A DNA stretch of 36,326 nucleotides from Octopus sinensis (Eukaryota), in contig NW_021826200.1 in the NCBI RefSeq assembly GCF_006345805.1, positions 1 through 36,326 of the forward strand, read 5' to 3'. The notes below the pieces were generated by a model that ran no database searches, was not told where the DNA came from, and saw only the letters and a program-made list of their open reading frames with translations. The position numbers were made by a program, and so were the translations under genes. This document shows, one piece after another, positions 32,221 through 36,326 of this stretch (position 1 is the stretch's first letter; every line of letters starts with the position of its first letter).

Positions 32221-32804
32221 TATATATATATATAATATATATATATATACGTATTATTCTATAAAAGTATCATAATAACTTGACGACGGAGTGCAAAACT
32301 CATTCAAGCGTGAAGACAATAAACAACGATGTAAAAACAAAAATGCAGTAAAACAAAAAACAAAAGAAAAACAAAAAAAGCAACAAAAAAACAAGCTGAC
32401 TCTACAACTGAAATATACTAAAAGTATTCTAACTTGTAAAAGTAGTAAAAGTAATCGCAAGAGAAGGCTGTGGTTATTATAAATAAAGATGAATATATTA
32501 TGGAAAGCCAAAAAAAAAAATGACACTTCATGACGAAAACGAAAGTGTTTAGAAAAGTATAGTAGTGGTTGTGTGGTAAGTAGTTTACTCAATATTTAAA
32601 AGAAACAAAATGACTTGTGCTTTACTTTTTTCGGTGCGACCGCCAAAAAGAATCCAGGCTTTGCATTTGGCTCTGATGTTAAAATGGTTGACAACCAATG
32701 GTTAAGAAGTATAGATCTTATAACCCATCCTGCTTCATAATCTCGTAGATCAACACGTAAAGAATCGCCAAAATACTACCGAAAAAAATAAATTATTAAG
32801 AAGT

Positions 32805-32976
32805 GGCGCAGGAGTGGCTGTGTGGTAAGCAGCTTGCTTACAAACCACATGGTTCCGGGTTCATTCCCACTGCGTGGCACCTTGGGCAAGTGTCTTCTAC
32901 TATAGCCTTGGGCCGACCAAAGCCTTGTGAGTGGGTTTAGTAGACGGAAACTGAAAGATGCCCGTCGTATATATGA

Positions 32977-33013
<37 letters not shown>

Positions 33014-33027
33014 GTGTTGTGTGTGTG

Positions 33028-33073
<46 letters not shown>

Positions 33074-33282
33074 TTATGTGTCTGTGTTTCTACCCCGAAC
33101 ATCGCTTGGCAACCGATGCTGGTTTGTTTACGTCCCCGAAACCTAGCGGTTTAGCAAAAGAGCCCGATAGAATAAGTACTAGGCTTCCAAACAATAAGTC
33201 CTAGGTTCGATTTGCTCGGCTAAAGGCGGTGCTCCAGCATGGTCGCAGTCAAATGACTGAAACAAGTAAAACAGTAAAATAG
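32805..33282 (+). mobile_element. SINE family 1, full-length young copy with expanded internal (TA)n(TG)n
   Basis: GGCGCAGGAGTGGCTGTGTGGTAAG head, B-box-like GGTTCATTCCC, CORE-like segment, tail ending GACTGAAACAAGTAAAACAGTAAAA. Confidence 0.92.
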
Positions 33283-34019
33283 TGACAAGTATATACCAGA
33301 CTATATACCAGACAAGTATATACCAGGCATATGACTATCTGCTGAATTCCATGAAAATTAGCGAGAAACTGAGAACTTTGGCAAAATTTCCAACATGGCT
33401 ATCGAAAGTTATTTGATTAAAGTCCTAGCAATGGATACCAGAAACAGAATCCTGGATAACGAGCTTTAAATTTTCATTCACTAAAAATGTTTTTGATAAG
33501 AATATCTTGTGTAAAACTAACATCAGAAATTAACAAGCGTCTTAAAACATTAGAAAACAGTTCATTGGATAATACGAAACAGATACTTATATCGCACCGT
33601 CCGAAACTGAGTACTACAATTTCGGTTGATAACTGATGAAGAATTAGTGACCACCCTATGTCAGTCTCCCGTCAGGTTGTACCCTCAATAAACGTATACG
33701 TTTTTTAATTGAAAGAATTTGCCTAAACTACAAATTCAAGAGACAAACATCTAAAAGATGCCACTCCAGTAACGTCTCTTGATTCATTAATTCATTGTTT
33801 TATTTACGAGAATTTACGAGACAACCCGTGAAGGAAGCGAGACTGTTTTCCAAAATGGAGGCGAACACCTTTCTCCATATGATTGGCTTGACAATTGTTA
33901 AGACACTAGCATATTTTCCTGCTCTTCTCGACATGAAACCAATGGCAGCATTAATTCACAAATAAAGAAATCATATCCACCAATGCGGTGTTGAGCACTC
34001 ATTTCCACCGTTCGACATT

Positions 34020-34190
34020 TACGTATATATGGATATATATATATATATACGTATACATATATAAATGTTTATATATATATATATATATATTATATTATTA
34101 TATGTATACAATATATATGTATGTATATATATATAAACATGTATATATGTATATATAAGAGAGAGAGAGATACGTACATGCGCACATAAG

Positions 34191-34221
<31 letters not shown>

Positions 34222-34265
34222 GCGTACGTATATGCATAACATATATCAAAACACAGCACTCATAC
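34020..34265. repeat. (TA)n-rich microsatellite field
   Basis: Direct inspection. Confidence 0.9.
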
Positions 34266-34829
34266 ATCTTTATATTTTCATATACAATAAGGATTTATGA
34301 GAAAATAATTATCCGATCTGCCTCTCCATATCAGAGGGGACGTTCAAATGGAAGTAATTTACCATTTAATACCTCGTAGTGAGAAAAATATTTCTTTAGC
34401 TGTGATCTTCAACTTGATGCTCACTTATTTTACCATCGCTTTCTGTTCATTCATTCCTCCATTTTTTTTTTCTATTTTAGTTGTGTGTGTGTGTTGTGTG
34501 TGGCGTGTGTATGTGTGTGTGTGTGGCGTATGTATGTGTGTGTGTGTACTGCATGCTGACCCTGTTTTAGTTATATTTTTTGGTGTTATTTACGGGTGTT
34601 TATATCCATGTTTAGACACAATTGGTTTGGTTGCTGAAAATAGCAGCCTGGTTTCCTCTTTTCATTGAAATCTTTTTAACATCTTTTATCATCATCATTT
34701 CTTCAATAATTGCTCACTGCAAAAAAAAATAAAGAAATGAATAAATAAATAATAAAACTATGAAATAAAAAAAAAATGTTATAAAAAATAAAAAAAATCT
34801 AACTCATGTAGGACTTCTTCTTTGTCCTT

Positions 34830-35235
34830 CGTTATTTTTTCTTCATCTATTTCTTCTTTTCTTGCCCCTCCTGCTCTTCTTCGTCCTTCTCTTTTTCTCC
34901 TGCATCGTTATCATCATCATCATCACTGGCATCATTATCATCATTGTCGTCGTCGTCGTCCTCCTCCTCCACTTCCACCTCCACATCACCATCCTCATTA
35001 TCAGTCATCATAACCTGCGTTGTCGTCGTCATCGTCTTCGTCATCATCATCATCATCATTTTCTTTTTCCTTCTTCTTCTTGCTCTCCTTATGTTTATTC
35101 TTCTTTTCAGCAATCCCAGCAAACCTCTGACTCCCTCCACTTCTCTCTGCCCCTGTCTCTGTCTCTCTGTCTCTCCCTGTGTCTCTCTCTTTCCCTCTCT
35201 CTCTCTCTTTCTCTCTTTGTCTCACTCTCTCCATT
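34830..35235. repeat. Pyrimidine-rich mosaic of (CTT), (CAT), (CGT), (CCT) trinucleotides and (CT)n
   Basis: Direct inspection; accounts for the acidic and Ser/Ile-rich ORFs here. Confidence 0.88.
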
Positions 35236-35323
35236 CATTTTTTTCCTTTTCTTTAGTTTTCCTTTCTGCAAACAAGATGGGAGGGAGAGATTTTATGAAA
35301 TGGCTATATAATTCAGTCTAAAG

Positions 35324-35360
<37 letters not shown>

Positions 35361-35516
35361 TTCTATGCACATATATATATATGTACAACACACACACAAC
35401 AACACACACACACATATATATAAATGCGCACGTACACAAACATATAAAGAAATATGTATATATATGTATTATTTCTTTTCATTTTAATTTTCCCTTGAGT
35501 CCTTCAGATCGTACAC

Positions 35517-35530
35517 TAATAATAATAATA

Positions 35531-35565
<35 letters not shown>

Positions 35566-35619
35566 GTAATAATAGTAATAAGAAGAATAAGAATAAGAAT
35601 AAGAATAAGAATGATGATA

Positions 35620-35665
<46 letters not shown>

Positions 35666-35720
35666 CGATGATGATGATAATAACAACAACAACAGCAACA
35701 ATGATAATAACAACAGTATT
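35517..35720. repeat. (AAT)n-(AAGAAT)n-(GAT)n-(AAC)n compound tract with no inserted element
   Basis: Direct inspection. Confidence 0.92.
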
Positions 35721-35989
35721 ATGACCATACCGACTAAAGCTTTTCTCAAATATTGTTTCTTCGACATCCCAAAGGTATTTTCAAATGGAAGAAACGGTTA
35801 CAATTATAAGAAACATTCAACTCCATAGAATAACACTCCACCAAACTATCCAGAAATCCCCTTGTGGGGGCTTTTTTTCTGTTTTACTTGTTTATTGCTG
35901 TTAGTTATTATTTTATATTTATTAATACCTTCTGTTTGTTTTGATCTCCCTTTCTATCTTTGTCACCATGTGCGAGTGTGTACGTGCGT

Positions 35990-36142
35990 ATATGTAAGCG
36001 TATTATATACATACGTACATATATATATATATATGTATATATATATAAATACATTTATGTACGTATATTTATACATACACACTTACACCACATAGATATA
36101 CATAACTGCACATATATATGTTTATGCGTGTATGTACATATC

Positions 36143-36233
<91 letters not shown>

Positions 36234-36294
36234 AGACAGTATGTATGATATATTTCTAACATACATATACACACACACATATACTATATATATC

Positions 36295-36326
<32 letters not shown>
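35990..36326. repeat. (TA)n/(CA)n microsatellite field
   Basis: Direct inspection. Confidence 0.92.

Noticed and set aside
33595-33650. CCGAAAC...GTA...CTGATGA in permuted hammerhead order
   Set aside because: Helices I and II do not pair.
34822-36235. Poly-D/E, poly-S, poly-L, IY and HT repeat ORFs (also at 6128-8031, 14548-14931 and 22109-24710)
   Set aside because: Direct translations of microsatellites; no coding evidence.

Overview
Eukaryotic, microsatellite-saturated, transposon-rich DNA. It is probably intronic or intergenic sequence from an octopus/cephalopod genome, inferred from the tRNA-derived CORE-type SINE families and the extreme TA/CA/GA/AAT content; no database check was possible. 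No intact host gene is evident, and most short ORFs in the track are microsatellite translations. Main contents: (1) a frameshifted L1/Tx1-type LINE (about 168-6008, +) ending in (TATC)n rather than poly(A); (2) many copies of three SINE families, several inserted as dimers or trimers inside a single target-site duplication; (3) a structurally complete type I hammerhead ribozyme fold with one core mutation (14336-14419) and a second degenerate one about 230 bp upstream; (4) Tc1/mariner remnants and one full-length decayed mariner with TIRs (26467-27708, -); (5) a 7-kb head-to-tail train of seven elements, each starting in an (AAT)n tract (19268-26326, +), made of R4/Dong-type RT+REL retrotransposon pieces from two subfamilies plus three copies of a non-coding element of about 550 bp; (6) a Helitron/Pif1 helicase motif remnant, a possible RTE remnant and one orphan candidate exon (11363-11468).
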